Source of the DNA: a virus
Lineage: Duplodnaviria > Heunggongvirae > Uroviricota > Caudoviricetes
Virus record (IMG/VR): IMGVR_UViG_3300031344_000001
Reading direction: 5' to 3' (one strand)
Length of the DNA stretch: 64,000 bases
Shown here: in pieces, positions 49,584 through 58,862 of the stretch
Layout: each line of letters begins with the position of its first letter
Numbering within the stretch: the first letter of the stretch is position 1
Notes under the pieces: model-generated
The model's database searches: none
What the model was told of the DNA's origin: nothing
What the model saw: the letters and a program-made list of their open reading frames with translations, nothing else
Made by a program: the position numbers and the translations under genes

Positions 49584-50291
49584 CTACGAGGACGAGCTGG
49601 TGCTCTCCTCGTCGGAGAAACCACTGTCGTCGCCGCGAGAGAGCTTCTTCCACATCTCGTCCGCAAGCTTCTTGCGATCGCGCGACAGGTGCTCGCCCAG
49701 GTACTTGAGCCACGGCCGCTGCTTGCTCTTCTTCCGATCGCTGTGCCTCTCCCAGTGCTCGGTGTCGATGAGGGCGATCCTCCCGTCCGTCGTGAACGGC
49801 ACGTTCTTGGCCGTGGAATCGAGACCGCGGAACGCGAAGAGCGCGACACACAAATCACGCAGGACGTCCTCGGTGATGCGCCGGTACTCGCGCTCGGAGG
49901 CGTCGTTGTCCAGAAGGTCCAGTCTCTCGACGATGAGGATCCGGCCCGGTCGACCACGCCGCCCGAACGCGGGCGGCAGCTCGCGGAGCCACTTGCCCGG
50001 CACGACGACGTGCCTGATCCCATCGCTCGCGATGAGCTCGCGGAGACGGCGAGCACCCTCCAGGCGCGTCTCGTAGTTCGCGAGTTGGTCGTCCTCGTCG
50101 TCACGCTTGCCCGCGCGGACGTACTTCTTGAACAGGTACCCCGGCACCGACTCGTGGCTCGCGACGGTGATCTTGTTGTCGCTGGCCCGCAGGATCTTGA
50201 ACCCCGCGCGGGCCCAGGCGTCGGAGGTGTCGAACATGGCAGGGTCGCGAAACAGGGAGCTGAGGTCGAACGACGCTGGATTGAACGACAT
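49584..50291 (-). CDS. Atypical protein-kinase-like protein
   Basis: YLFK, VVPGKW, ILIVE, DSTAKN (catalytic-loop-like), IALIDTE; TAACGT-N6-ATG. Confidence 0.5.
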   Translation of the reverse strand: MSFNPASFDLSSLFRDPAMFDTSDAWARAGFKILRASDNKITVASHESVPGYLFKKYVRAGKRDDEDDQLANYETRLEGARRLRELIASDGIRHVVVPGKWLRELPPAFGRRGRPGRILIVERLDLLDNDASEREYRRITEDVLRDLCVALFAFRGLDSTAKNVPFTTDGRIALIDTEHWERHSDRKKSKQRPWLKYLGEHLSRDRKKLADEMWKKLSRGDDSGFSDEESTSSSS

Positions 50292-50371
50292 GCTCCGACG
50301 TTAAACGCTTGACGAAGCTCCTGCGAGATATCGTCGCGCCGTTCACTGGCAAACGCCGTAAGGCCGGCGTT

Positions 50372-51139
50372 CTAAATTTCGTTGATCAACGCTTCGAGAT
50401 CGCGATCCACGTCATCATCGGCACCAAACGCCGAGGCAGCTTCCACCATCACGATCGGCTGCCGCGTGGGAGCTGCTCGCAGCTTGACGATCTCGGCGTC
50501 GATCTTCACGAGCGCCGCGATGATCGCTCGACGCTCGCGTTCTACCTCTGCACACCGAGGATCCGAGATCTTCCGACAAGCGCCGAGGTCGTTGTCCACA
50601 TGCGAAAGCGCAGTGACTAGCGCTTCGCGGCGTCCTTCCAACACGCCTAGATCAGACAGCTCTGGAGCAGCGTGATCTTCAAGCATCGCCAAATCTTGCT
50701 GCTTTAGCTGCTTGGCAGCCCGTTTGTGGTGATGGTGTTTTCGATGACAGCTGGCACAGATTACCACGCACTTTGACAGCTCCTTCAAGAGGATCGGGAG
50801 CGTCGGCGTTCGCCGGATCAGCGTCGAGATGTCCATTTTTTTATGGACTGGGTTCTTATGGTGGCAGTCGAGTGCGCTGGGATCTTTCTCGTCGCAGTGA
50901 AGGCAGCCCTGCGTGGCTTTGAACTCATTGAGCCACACCAACACCTCAGCAACACGCTGCTGTTTACGAGTGGTTCGGCGTCGACGTGCCTTTTTTTGCG
51001 CCTCGGTCGGCACGTTGTTGTCAACAAGCGCCTGACAGTCCTGGCAGTAAATCGGTGATCCAGGATTTCGCCAGTCTACTGCACGCCACCGACGGCAGCG
51101 CTGGCAGTACCGGCTGAGCCTGTTCCGCGCGGCTGACAT
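50372..51139 (-). CDS. HNH endonuclease with Zn ribbon and C-terminal coiled coil
   Basis: CLHC...ALDCHH...KC.VICASCHR.HH; lower GC; TGGTATAGT-N6-ATG. Confidence 0.7.
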   Translation of the reverse strand: MSAARNRLSRYCQRCRRWRAVDWRNPGSPIYCQDCQALVDNNVPTEAQKKARRRRTTRKQQRVAEVLVWLNEFKATQGCLHCDEKDPSALDCHHKNPVHKKMDISTLIRRTPTLPILLKELSKCVVICASCHRKHHHHKRAAKQLKQQDLAMLEDHAAPELSDLGVLEGRREALVTALSHVDNDLGACRKISDPRCAEVERERRAIIAALVKIDAEIVKLRAAPTRQPIVMVEAASAFGADDDVDRDLEALINEI

Positions 51140-51584
51140 TTCAATACTATACCACGTGTCTGCTGGACATGCGTTTAGGCGCACCCGAGGGAACTAGGAA
51201 GCTATTTCAGTTATTGGTCTTTATTACTGTTCCCCCTGATCCTCCCTGATTATGAAGAGGATCTTGGAGGTACAACTTGCCGGCCCGCGAGCAGTCAACT
51301 CCTGAGCACTCTAGGATGTTGGGAGGAACGGCTGATCGGGGAGATCAGCCTCCCCCCACAACGGCTGCAACTAATGAACAACACAGCCATCACGCCTCGA
51401 TCAACACGCTGATCTCCCCACCCCCGTGCTCTCACGGCTGACGCTGCCCACGCGAGCGCAGGAAGGCTGAACAAAATTCATTGATGTCGTCGCCCCTTTC
51501 CGAGATCTGCTCCGCTTTGATCGCTGTCGTTCTGGCGTGATCGCTCTTGTTCGCTGTTGCGCGAAGTTGGTAAAGGAACAGGCC

Positions 51585-51887
51585 GTGGACGCGGACCAGG
51601 ACCTCCTCGCGGCGACCTCGCTCCTGCGTTCCGCGCTCGCCGACGCGAACGGCAAGCTCCGCGCGGACGATGCTCGTCGGTTGGCGGGCTTCGAGCGGCG
51701 GACGCGCCTCCGCGCGCACGTCATCGCCCTCGCGATGCGCGACCTCGGTTGGGATCGCGGGCGCTACCGTTTCAACGGCGTGCTCGCGCCGGCCTACGCG
51801 CGCGGGAGTTCCCTGGAGCGCGAGATCATCCTCGACGTCGAGCGCGGTGCGGACGGCCAACTCGTCGTGAAGCGGAGGGACCCATGA
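51585..51887 (+). CDS. Hypothetical protein
   Basis: AAGGA RBS; ATGA coupling. Confidence 0.55.
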   Translation: MDADQDLLAATSLLRSALADANGKLRADDARRLAGFERRTRLRAHVIALAMRDLGWDRGRYRFNGVLAPAYARGSSLEREIILDVERGADGQLVVKRRDP

Positions 51888-52723
51888 GCGCGCGGAGTCG
51901 TACGACGAAGCGCCAGGCTGCCAAGTCGGCCCTGAGGCCCCTCGGGTCTCCCCCGGCGCTGCACAGCGACGCTTCGCCCGAGTGGGGGACGCCGATGATC
52001 CTGCGGCGCTTCTCGGCCTGCGTGCTGAGCCCGGCCGCGATGGGGATGGCGATCGACCTCGACTACGCCACCTCGGCGTACTGGCAGCAGTGGTGGGACG
52101 AGGCCGATCGTCCCCACGCCTTCCTCGACGGATCGAAGGGCCGCGACGTGCTCGTCGAGGCCGACCGCCGCGCCGCGCAACCGCGGCTGGGCTCGGGGCA
52201 CTTCAACGCGCCGGGCACTGGCGGCGGCGAGATGGTCCAGCAGTGCTGGGAGCTGTTCGAGGAGGACCACCGCAAGGAGAAGCTCGGCTCGGGCTTCTGG
52301 ATGGGGTACTCCGTCGAACAATTCGGGTCGCTCCAGAACGTCGGTGAGCGCAACCCGCTCACGACGGACGCGGACGACCTCATCACGACGATCGTGCCGA
52401 GCCGCCGCGCGCAGTACGTGCTCCACCCTGACCAGCTCGTCGCGATCACGAAGAAGAAGCAGAAGCGGCGCGAGCGCCGGAGCAAGCAGTGGCTCGTCGA
52501 GCAGCGCCTGATCGAGAGGCTGCGCACGCGCACGGACGACGCCCCTGTCGGCGCTGGGGCGCCCTCGCACCTCTCCTACCTGACCGTGCTCTGGCACCGC
52601 GAGCGCGCGGTGCGCCGGCAGCAGATGAGCGCCGCGTGGAAATTCCTCGCCGAGCAGCGTCTCGACAAGAAGTCGCTGCTCCACAAGTTCGAGGTGATCG
52701 GTCCGCTGGAGGCTCGCAAGTGA
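51884..52723 (+). CDS. Phage Dam-family N6-adenine methyltransferase-like protein
   Basis: S.EWGTP, IDLDYAT, FNAPG (NPPY-like motif IV variant). Confidence 0.5.
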   Translation: MSARSRTTKRQAAKSALRPLGSPPALHSDASPEWGTPMILRRFSACVLSPAAMGMAIDLDYATSAYWQQWWDEADRPHAFLDGSKGRDVLVEADRRAAQPRLGSGHFNAPGTGGGEMVQQCWELFEEDHRKEKLGSGFWMGYSVEQFGSLQNVGERNPLTTDADDLITTIVPSRRAQYVLHPDQLVAITKKKQKRRERRSKQWLVEQRLIERLRTRTDDAPVGAGAPSHLSYLTVLWHRERAVRRQQMSAAWKFLAEQRLDKKSLLHKFEVIGPLEARK

Positions 52724-52938
52724 CCAAGCTGTTCCGCGGCTGTCGCTACGAGGTGTACGTGCACACCCCGAACAAGGGCTTGTGGTCGCGGCACTCGTCG
52801 TTCGGCGAGGCGCAGCGGTCGTTCCGTGCGGCGGTGAACAACCAGCGCGGTGACCACGCGGTGGGCACGCGCGTCGAGCTGGCCGACGTCTACGGAGGGG
52901 TGGCCCAGGCCCTCGACAGTAAGGTGGGGCGGGCGTGA
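52720..52938 (+). CDS. Hypothetical protein
   Basis: GGAGG RBS, GTGA coupling. Confidence 0.55.
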   Translation: MTKLFRGCRYEVYVHTPNKGLWSRHSSFGEAQRSFRAAVNNQRGDHAVGTRVELADVYGGVAQALDSKVGRA

Positions 52939-53162
52939 GGGACTTGAGACAGGAGTTCGAGGCTAGCGTCACGTCGGTGTTCGACGTGATGGCCGCGGCT
53001 CAAGGGCGTGCGTACACGTCCCTCGAGATGGAGGAGTTTCTGGCGGAGTTGGGGGCTGCGCACGTCGCGGCTCTTGCGTTGCTCACGGGACGGTCGGATG
53101 AGCAGTCCGTGCTGGAGCGCGCCGCCCGGCGTCTCCGCGCGCGTGCGTTGGGGGAACCGTGA
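52935..53162 (+). CDS. Hypothetical protein
   Basis: Coupled ORF. Confidence 0.55.
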   Translation: MRDLRQEFEASVTSVFDVMAAAQGRAYTSLEMEEFLAELGAAHVAALALLTGRSDEQSVLERAARRLRARALGEP

Positions 53163-53518
53163 AGCGTGAGGATCGCGAGCAGCTTCGAGCTGCGGCTGCC
53201 TTGGCGCTGGCCGCGACGCGCTGTCGGGCGTTGACAGGCGCGAACGACGACGACTGGGAGATCCAGACGTCGAACTCGTTCCGGCGCATTGGCGTGCATG
53301 GCGGAGGGGACGGCGACGTGCTGTGCGCGACGACGCACCGGTACGACGGGCACCCGGACCTCCTCGCGCCGCGTGGCGTGCTCGAGTACATCGTCTCCGC
53401 GCAGCCGTGCGTCGTGATCGAGCTGCTCGACCGCCTCGACGCGGTGGAGGCCGAGCTGGAGATGATCGCCGCCGTGGAGCTGGCCAAGATCGCCGCGATC
53501 ACCAAGGAGCCCCGATGA
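53159..53518 (+). CDS. Ead/Ea22-like phage protein
   Basis: LR.AA..AT...W...YIVSAQP.VVIELLDRL pattern. Confidence 0.5.
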   Translation: MKREDREQLRAAAALALAATRCRALTGANDDDWEIQTSNSFRRIGVHGGGDGDVLCATTHRYDGHPDLLAPRGVLEYIVSAQPCVVIELLDRLDAVEAELEMIAAVELAKIAAITKEPR

Positions 53519-53778
53519 GCCTCCGTGCCGAGAGCCCGACACCAGAACGGGGATGCGATCCGAAGGATTGCACCGGTTGCGGAGGTAAGAAGGGCGCCCC
53601 GCTCGCGGCGATCGTCTACGTCGGCACCGATCGGAACGTCCCCGCGACCAAGCTCGTGCTCTGCGAGGAGTGCGGGCGAGACGCGGCGAACGCGATCGGT
53701 TTCATGTGCGTTCGCGATGGGGGCTGGTCAAAGATCGAGCCGCGGAAGCGCAAGCCGGTGAAGGAGTCCTCGCGGTGA
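53515..53778 (+). CDS. Small Zn-binding protein
   Basis: CTGC...LCEEC; AAGGAG RBS. Confidence 0.55.
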   Translation: MSLRAESPTPERGCDPKDCTGCGGKKGAPLAAIVYVGTDRNVPATKLVLCEECGRDAANAIGFMCVRDGGWSKIEPRKRKPVKESSR

Positions 53779-54071
53779 AGCCGCAGCCTTCAAAGCGCTA
53801 TGTCGTGCACGCGCTGGGCGTCGATGTGCTGGTCACCTTCGACGCGGACAAAGCAGGGCGATCGATGGTGAGTCCGACGGCGCAGACGCTACGGTGCGTC
53901 CGTGACGCGCGGGCTGCCGGTCGAGCTTGCGTCGCGAAAGCGCAAGCTCGTGAAGGGGGCGCTGTGAAGCGGCGGAAGCGGAAGTCGAAGTACCCCGGGC
54001 AGTACATCGTGCACGTGCATGGGACTACCGTGGCAGTTACCGTGCTTGTCCGGTTAACACCCAAGAAGTGA
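53775..54071 (+). CDS. Hypothetical protein
   Basis: AAGGAG RBS, coupled. Confidence 0.45.
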   Translation: MKPQPSKRYVVHALGVDVLVTFDADKAGRSMVSPTAQTLRCVRDARAAGRACVAKAQAREGGAVKRRKRKSKYPGQYIVHVHGTTVAVTVLVRLTPKK

Positions 54072-54078
54072 ACAACTA

Positions 54079-54534
54079 ATGAAGATCGTAAACCTCACCC
54101 CGCACGCAATCACGATTCCTGAGACAGCCCACCCGGAACAGGGCGCTTGGACATTGCCGCCGTCTGGTACGGTAGCGCGCGCGAACGAACTTGCCGTCTT
54201 CGCCGGATGGATCGACGACATTCCTACGTCGCGAATCAGCTATGGCTCTGTTCAGGACTTGCCCGATCCAGAGTGGACCGTACTTCCAAACCCTTGCGAT
54301 AAACCTGGCGCGGTCCCTGAGGGAAGTCGGTTTTGTCTCGCGTGCGGAGCGACGGACGGCCATGTTCCAGGCTCGCCGCGAGTGCCTGCCGCATATTACG
54401 TCGTATCAACGATCGCGGCAGAAGCGGCACGTCGTGCCGGCCGAACAACGGAGGATCTGCTCGTGCCTGGGCAGCAACTTCGGGATGGCGCTGGGCGCAT
54501 CATCGGATGCCGATCGCTTGCGAGGGTTGGGTGA
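54079..54534 (+). CDS. Conserved phage-type hypothetical protein (NLTPH family)
   Basis: IVNLTPHAI...PPSGTVAR...YVVS...DLLVP...RD..GRIIGC; lower GC. Confidence 0.65.
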   Translation: MKIVNLTPHAITIPETAHPEQGAWTLPPSGTVARANELAVFAGWIDDIPTSRISYGSVQDLPDPEWTVLPNPCDKPGAVPEGSRFCLACGATDGHVPGSPRVPAAYYVVSTIAAEAARRAGRTTEDLLVPGQQLRDGAGRIIGCRSLARVG

Positions 54535-54547
54535 CAACCGGACAAGC

Positions 54548-54748
54548 ATGGCAGTTACCTTCAACGCAAACGAAGAGGCCCGTGTGAAGGTCAAGGCGTC
54601 GGCCCTCGGGCTCACCGTCGAGGACCTCGTCGCGAAGGCAGCTCGCGACAAGGCCAACCGCGTGGGTTGGAGTTGTCAGGATGAGCTGCACGCCTTGATC
54701 TCGCGGGCAGTCTCCGCGGTGGGCGCGCCGAAGCGGAGTGGACGGTGA
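54548..54748 (+). CDS. Small ribbon-helix-helix-like protein
   Basis: VTF...E.ARVK.KA.ALGLTVEDLV. Confidence 0.45.
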   Translation: MAVTFNANEEARVKVKASALGLTVEDLVAKAARDKANRVGWSCQDELHALISRAVSAVGAPKRSGR

Positions 54749-56631
54749 AGCTGCGCGTCTCTGACGATCTCTCCCTCGCCGCCGACTTCGTGACGGCGAC
54801 TGCGGGCATCTTCGCGACGAAGGGGCAGGGCAAGTCGCACCTCGCCCAGGTGATCGCCGAGGAGATGCTGGAGAGCGGCCAGGTCATCGTCGCGATCGAT
54901 CCGACCGACGTGTGGAGCGGTTTGCGATCGAGCGCGGACGGCAAGCGCGACGGTTACCCGATCCTGGTCGTCGGTGGTGACCACGGTGACTTGAAGCTCG
55001 ACCCGGAGCCCGGGGCGGGAACGCGCCTCGCCGAGGCGATCGTCGCCGAGCGCTTCTCGTGCGTGGTCTGCACGGACGGTGTCGACGACACCCGCGCGAT
55101 CCGTTTCGCGCGCGAGGTCCTGGAGACGATCTACAAGAAGAACCGCGAGCCGATCCACGTGTTCGTGGACGAGGCCGACTGCTTCGCGCCGCAGCAGCCC
55201 AAGGAGGAGGAGGACTACCGCTGCATTCGCGCGATGGCGCACGTCGTGCGGCGCGGGCGCAAGAAGGGTATCGGCTCGACGCTCATCACGCAGCGCCCCT
55301 CCGAGCTCAACGCGAGCGTGCGCAGCCAGGTGGAGATGCTGTTCGTGCTCGGCATGCTCCACGACCTCGACATCGGCGCGGTCGAGAAGTGGTTGCGCTT
55401 GCGCAAGAAGAAGCGAGGCAACGAGGCGGCCTTCGCGCGCCAGGAGGAGATGATCGACTCGCTCGACTCGCTCCCGCGCGGCGACGCCTGGGTGTGGGCT
55501 CCGCGCCTCAAGATCCACCAGCGTTTCCGCGCGCGCGTGAAGCGCACGTTTGACTCGGGAGCGACGCCCAAGCCTGGCCAGAAGGTGCGCGCGGCCAAGC
55601 GCCTCGCGCCGGTGGACATCCAGCGTCTCGGGTCGGCGATCACCGAGGCAGCCAAACGCCAGAAGGAGAACGACCCGGCCGAGCTGAAGCGCCAGGTCAT
55701 CGCGCTCCGCAAGGAGGTGTCACGCCTCGGCGAGGTGCATGCGCTCTCTGCGACGAGCACCGCGGCCCAGAAGGTCAAGGAGAAGATCGTCGTCAAGGAG
55801 GTCGAGGTCGTGAAGGCCGCGGACCTTCGGCGGCTGGAGGACCTCGTGAAGAAGATCGACAAGCTCGTTCTGCGCGTCACCGGCACCAACGCGGAGTTGG
55901 AGCTGCACCTCACGGGGCTGCGGGCGGAGGCGGGCAAGCTCAAGGAGGTCGCGGCACGCGTGACGGCGTTCCGCGCCAAGGGCGGTGACGCGGGCAAGCT
56001 CGTCGCTGACGTGGTAGCCCTTGCCCCGGACGAGCCTTCCGTGCCGAAGCCTCCGCGGCCGGTCCTGCCGTCCGTGAACGTGAGCGTGACCCCGCGCTCG
56101 ACGAAGAAGTCTGTCCCGACGACGAACGTTGCGCATGCCGTCGACCTCAAGCCCGCGCACCTGCGTCTCCTGTCCGCGATCGCGTGGTGGGAGAGCATCG
56201 GCGTTCCCGCGCCCGATCTCGGGGGCGTGGCGTTCGTGGCGAAGACCTCGACGAAGTCGTCGGCGTTCGACAACAACCGGTCGCGCCTTCGCGCGGGCGG
56301 CTACATCGACTATTCGTCGGGCGGGCGCGTGCAGCTGACCGAGGCTGGTCGTGCGCTCGCGCCGGTGCCGGACCTACCGCCCACGAACGCGGCGCTGCAC
56401 GACGCGATCCTCGGGGAGGTCACGCCCGCGCACGGGCGCATGCTGCGCGTTCTCATCGCAGCGTACCCGGATGAGATGGCGCTGGAGGCGTTTGCCAAGG
56501 GTGCGGGTACCAGCGTGACGTCGAGCGCGTTCGACAACAACCGGTCGTGGCTGCGCGCTCGCGGGCTCGCCGAGTACCCGCGCACGGGGTACGTGCGCGC
56601 GACGCGGCTCCTGTTCCCGGAGGGGTCATGA
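54745..56631 (+). CDS. HerA/FtsK-superfamily P-loop ATPase with coiled coil and two C-terminal winged-helix-like repeats
   Basis: ATKGQGKS Walker A, IDP, FVDEAD Walker B, RGRKKG, TQRP; duplicated SSAFDNNRS.LRA.G. Confidence 0.8.
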   Translation: MKLRVSDDLSLAADFVTATAGIFATKGQGKSHLAQVIAEEMLESGQVIVAIDPTDVWSGLRSSADGKRDGYPILVVGGDHGDLKLDPEPGAGTRLAEAIVAERFSCVVCTDGVDDTRAIRFAREVLETIYKKNREPIHVFVDEADCFAPQQPKEEEDYRCIRAMAHVVRRGRKKGIGSTLITQRPSELNASVRSQVEMLFVLGMLHDLDIGAVEKWLRLRKKKRGNEAAFARQEEMIDSLDSLPRGDAWVWAPRLKIHQRFRARVKRTFDSGATPKPGQKVRAAKRLAPVDIQRLGSAITEAAKRQKENDPAELKRQVIALRKEVSRLGEVHALSATSTAAQKVKEKIVVKEVEVVKAADLRRLEDLVKKIDKLVLRVTGTNAELELHLTGLRAEAGKLKEVAARVTAFRAKGGDAGKLVADVVALAPDEPSVPKPPRPVLPSVNVSVTPRSTKKSVPTTNVAHAVDLKPAHLRLLSAIAWWESIGVPAPDLGGVAFVAKTSTKSSAFDNNRSRLRAGGYIDYSSGGRVQLTEAGRALAPVPDLPPTNAALHDAILGEVTPAHGRMLRVLIAAYPDEMALEAFAKGAGTSVTSSAFDNNRSWLRARGLAEYPRTGYVRATRLLFPEGS

Positions 56632-56819
56632 GCGTCGTCGAGCCTCCCCTGCGTTACGTGCGGCTGCCGGGCGGCAGGGTGACGGTCGTGTGCGCGTGTG
56701 GCTGGGAGGACCCTCTCGGGCCGGTCTGGCCGAGCGCGTTCGACCCGCTCGAAGCCCTCGTCGCCGCGCGCGCGTCGCACCCGCGCTGTGGCGAGCGCTC
56801 TGCTGAGGAGGTACCGTGA
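56628..56819 (+). CDS. Small hypothetical protein
   Basis: GGAGG RBS, ATGA coupling. Confidence 0.5.
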   Translation: MSVVEPPLRYVRLPGGRVTVVCACGWEDPLGPVWPSAFDPLEALVAARASHPRCGERSAEEVP

Positions 56820-57103
56820 AGGCTCACGTCGAAAGCGCTCTTGCACAGTGCGGTCGTGATCGCGTCGGCTATTTCGAGGGACGGGACGGTGTCTCGATCG
56901 CGATTCGGTACGACATGCCGAGCGGGTGCGCGTCGCCGGACGGGATCGAGAAGTTCCTCGTGCGCAAGGCCCTGACGATCGACGAGGCGGGGCATGCGGC
57001 GGCGACCGCGTTCGCGGCGCACCTGCGAGCCCGCGCTCGTGAGACGCTCGAGTGGGCCGAGCGGATCGAGCGGTCTCTTTCTCTCGGAGAAGGGCTGCCA
57101 TGA
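56816..57103 (+). CDS. Hypothetical protein
   Basis: GGAGG RBS, coupled. Confidence 0.55.
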   Translation: MKAHVESALAQCGRDRVGYFEGRDGVSIAIRYDMPSGCASPDGIEKFLVRKALTIDEAGHAAATAFAAHLRARARETLEWAERIERSLSLGEGLP

Positions 57104-57188
57104 GCCTCGCTGCCGAGGATGGAGGCAAGGCGTGCGCGCGTGCTCTGCTGCGCGAGGTCGCTCTCGGCGTGCCCTGGGGGTCGGCGCT

Positions 57189-57398
57189 GTGATCGACGAG
57201 ATCAAGCTGCTCGACGCTCGCTCGCCGACGCGGGGGATGCGGGCCACGATCTTCACGGAGGGATGGCTCGCCAAGCTGATCGTCAGCGCCCCCGCCCAGC
57301 TCGATGCAATGATCGCCGGCCGGCGATCTGCCATCGACGAAGCGCAGCGGATCCTCGTCGCGCTCAAGACCGTTCGACCCAAGGAAGGAACGCCATGA
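57189..57398 (+). CDS. Hypothetical protein
   Basis: GTGA coupling after 30-aa ORF 57100-57192. Confidence 0.4.
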   Translation: MIDEIKLLDARSPTRGMRATIFTEGWLAKLIVSAPAQLDAMIAGRRSAIDEAQRILVALKTVRPKEGTP

Positions 57399-57592
57399 AG
57401 ATCTATGCCATCGAGGTCGAGACCGACCTCGGCCGTCGTGTCGTGAAGCTCTCCGCGCCGATGGACGTCGCGCCCGTGGGAGACATGCCCCCGCAGTTTC
57501 GATCGCTCACCGACGTTCTCTGGGGAGTCGTCTGCGAAGTCGCTGCAAAGGGGCCGGAGCTCGCCGCCGCGGCGCCCAAGGCGGAGGCGTAG
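57395..57592 (+). CDS. Hypothetical protein
   Basis: AAGGA RBS. Confidence 0.5.
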   Translation: MKIYAIEVETDLGRRVVKLSAPMDVAPVGDMPPQFRSLTDVLWGVVCEVAAKGPELAAAAPKAEA

Positions 57593-58204
57593 ATGTCGCA
57601 GCCGGGTATTCAACAAGGCGGCGAGGCGTTGCTGTGGTGGAAGGTTGCGCTGCACCTCGACGAGGCGCAGCTCGCGCTCGCCAACGTGACGGCGCACAAC
57701 CTCGACGACCCGCGCTTGGCGCTCGCGCTCCAGGAGCGGCTTCGCGAGGGGCAGGCGATCCTCCTCGAGATCTTCCGCGCGAAGGGATTGCTGCCGACGG
57801 AGCCGGCCGCGACGGAGCCGGCCGCGACGGAGCCGCTCGTGGTCCTTCCATCACCGAAGCCGACGGTGGGGGCTACTCCGTCTCCGGAGGTGCCGACCGC
57901 CGTGATGCCGGGGCCAGAAGAGCCGTCAGCGCGCCTGCTCGTGGGGGGTTCGCCGTTCGCCGCGGGAGGTCCCCCGGGCGGCGCGGGCGCTGCGCTGCCG
58001 TGGGCTCCACAGTTCCGGCAGGGAGCGGGGCCGCAGGTTCCCCCGCCTCCGCCGTGGATTTCGCAGGTGCCGCCTGTTCCCCAGGTGCCGCCCCCCGCGC
58101 CTCCTCCGTCGGTCGAGTCGACCATTGCTGCGTCGACGCTCGAGGGGCTTCCACCCCTGCCTGATGTGCCGCCGTCGGCGAAGGCTCCGCAGGCTAAGGC
58201 ATGA
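57593..58204 (+). CDS. Pro-rich hypothetical protein
   Basis: GGAGG RBS; 203 aa. Confidence 0.6.
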   Translation: MSQPGIQQGGEALLWWKVALHLDEAQLALANVTAHNLDDPRLALALQERLREGQAILLEIFRAKGLLPTEPAATEPAATEPLVVLPSPKPTVGATPSPEVPTAVMPGPEEPSARLLVGGSPFAAGGPPGGAGAALPWAPQFRQGAGPQVPPPPPWISQVPPVPQVPPPAPPPSVESTIAASTLEGLPPLPDVPPSAKAPQAKA

Positions 58205-58530
58205 GGAAACGTGCCGTTCCCCGCGTCGACGCGCGGGACTTCGCGGAGGCGATCGTCACTCTCGCGGCTACCTGCGTGGTCGGTTTCCCGTGCGATCGGC
58301 ACGGGGGCGCCGTGCACGGGCAGGAGGCCGAGGAGCTGCGCGCGGGCGTCGAGCAGATCCTCGGCAACACGGAGGACGTGTCTGCGGAGTACGCGGAGGA
58401 CGTCCTGCGCAAGATGCGGAAGGCGCTGACCTTCCTGCTCGACCACGTCGACGCCCGTGACAGCCTCGCGTTCCGCGAGGCGACCGATCCTCCCGACGAC
58501 GGCGCCGCGACGGCGCCGCCACCCGCGTAA
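58201..58530 (+). CDS. Hypothetical protein
   Basis: ATGA coupling. Confidence 0.55.
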   Translation: MRKRAVPRVDARDFAEAIVTLAATCVVGFPCDRHGGAVHGQEAEELRAGVEQILGNTEDVSAEYAEDVLRKMRKALTFLLDHVDARDSLAFREATDPPDDGAATAPPPA

Positions 58531-58596
58531 TTTTTACGGCACTGTGACGGCACTCGCCGTCCGAGGCCGCGTAACAACCAGGTAAGGAGCAACTCC

Positions 58597-58842
58597 ATGA
58601 CACAGGCACAGGCAGCGACCGGCAGCACCACCAACGGCACCACCAACGGCAACGGCAACGGCAACGGCAGCCCCAACGGCAGCCCCAACGGCAACGCCGG
58701 CAGGCAGGCGAAGGTCCTGACGGCGATCGACGCGATCACGAAGATCACCAAGATCCTCGAGCCGCTGTCGCTGACGGATCGAAAGCGCGTGCTTGCGTTC
58801 GTCAACGAGGAGCACAGCGAGAGCACCGCAGGTAACGCGTAA
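58597..58842 (+). CDS. Small protein with NG-repeat N-terminus
   Basis: TAAGGAG RBS. Confidence 0.6.
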   Translation: MTQAQAATGSTTNGTTNGNGNGNGSPNGSPNGNAGRQAKVLTAIDAITKITKILEPLSLTDRKRVLAFVNEEHSESTAGNA

Positions 58843-58862
58843 GGCGCCGTCGAGGAGTTCGC

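Noticed and set aside
54745-56631. HerA-like ATPase as the genome-packaging motor
   Set aside because: Much longer than typical A32/P9-type packaging ATPases and located in the early block, away from structural genes; not excluded but unsupported
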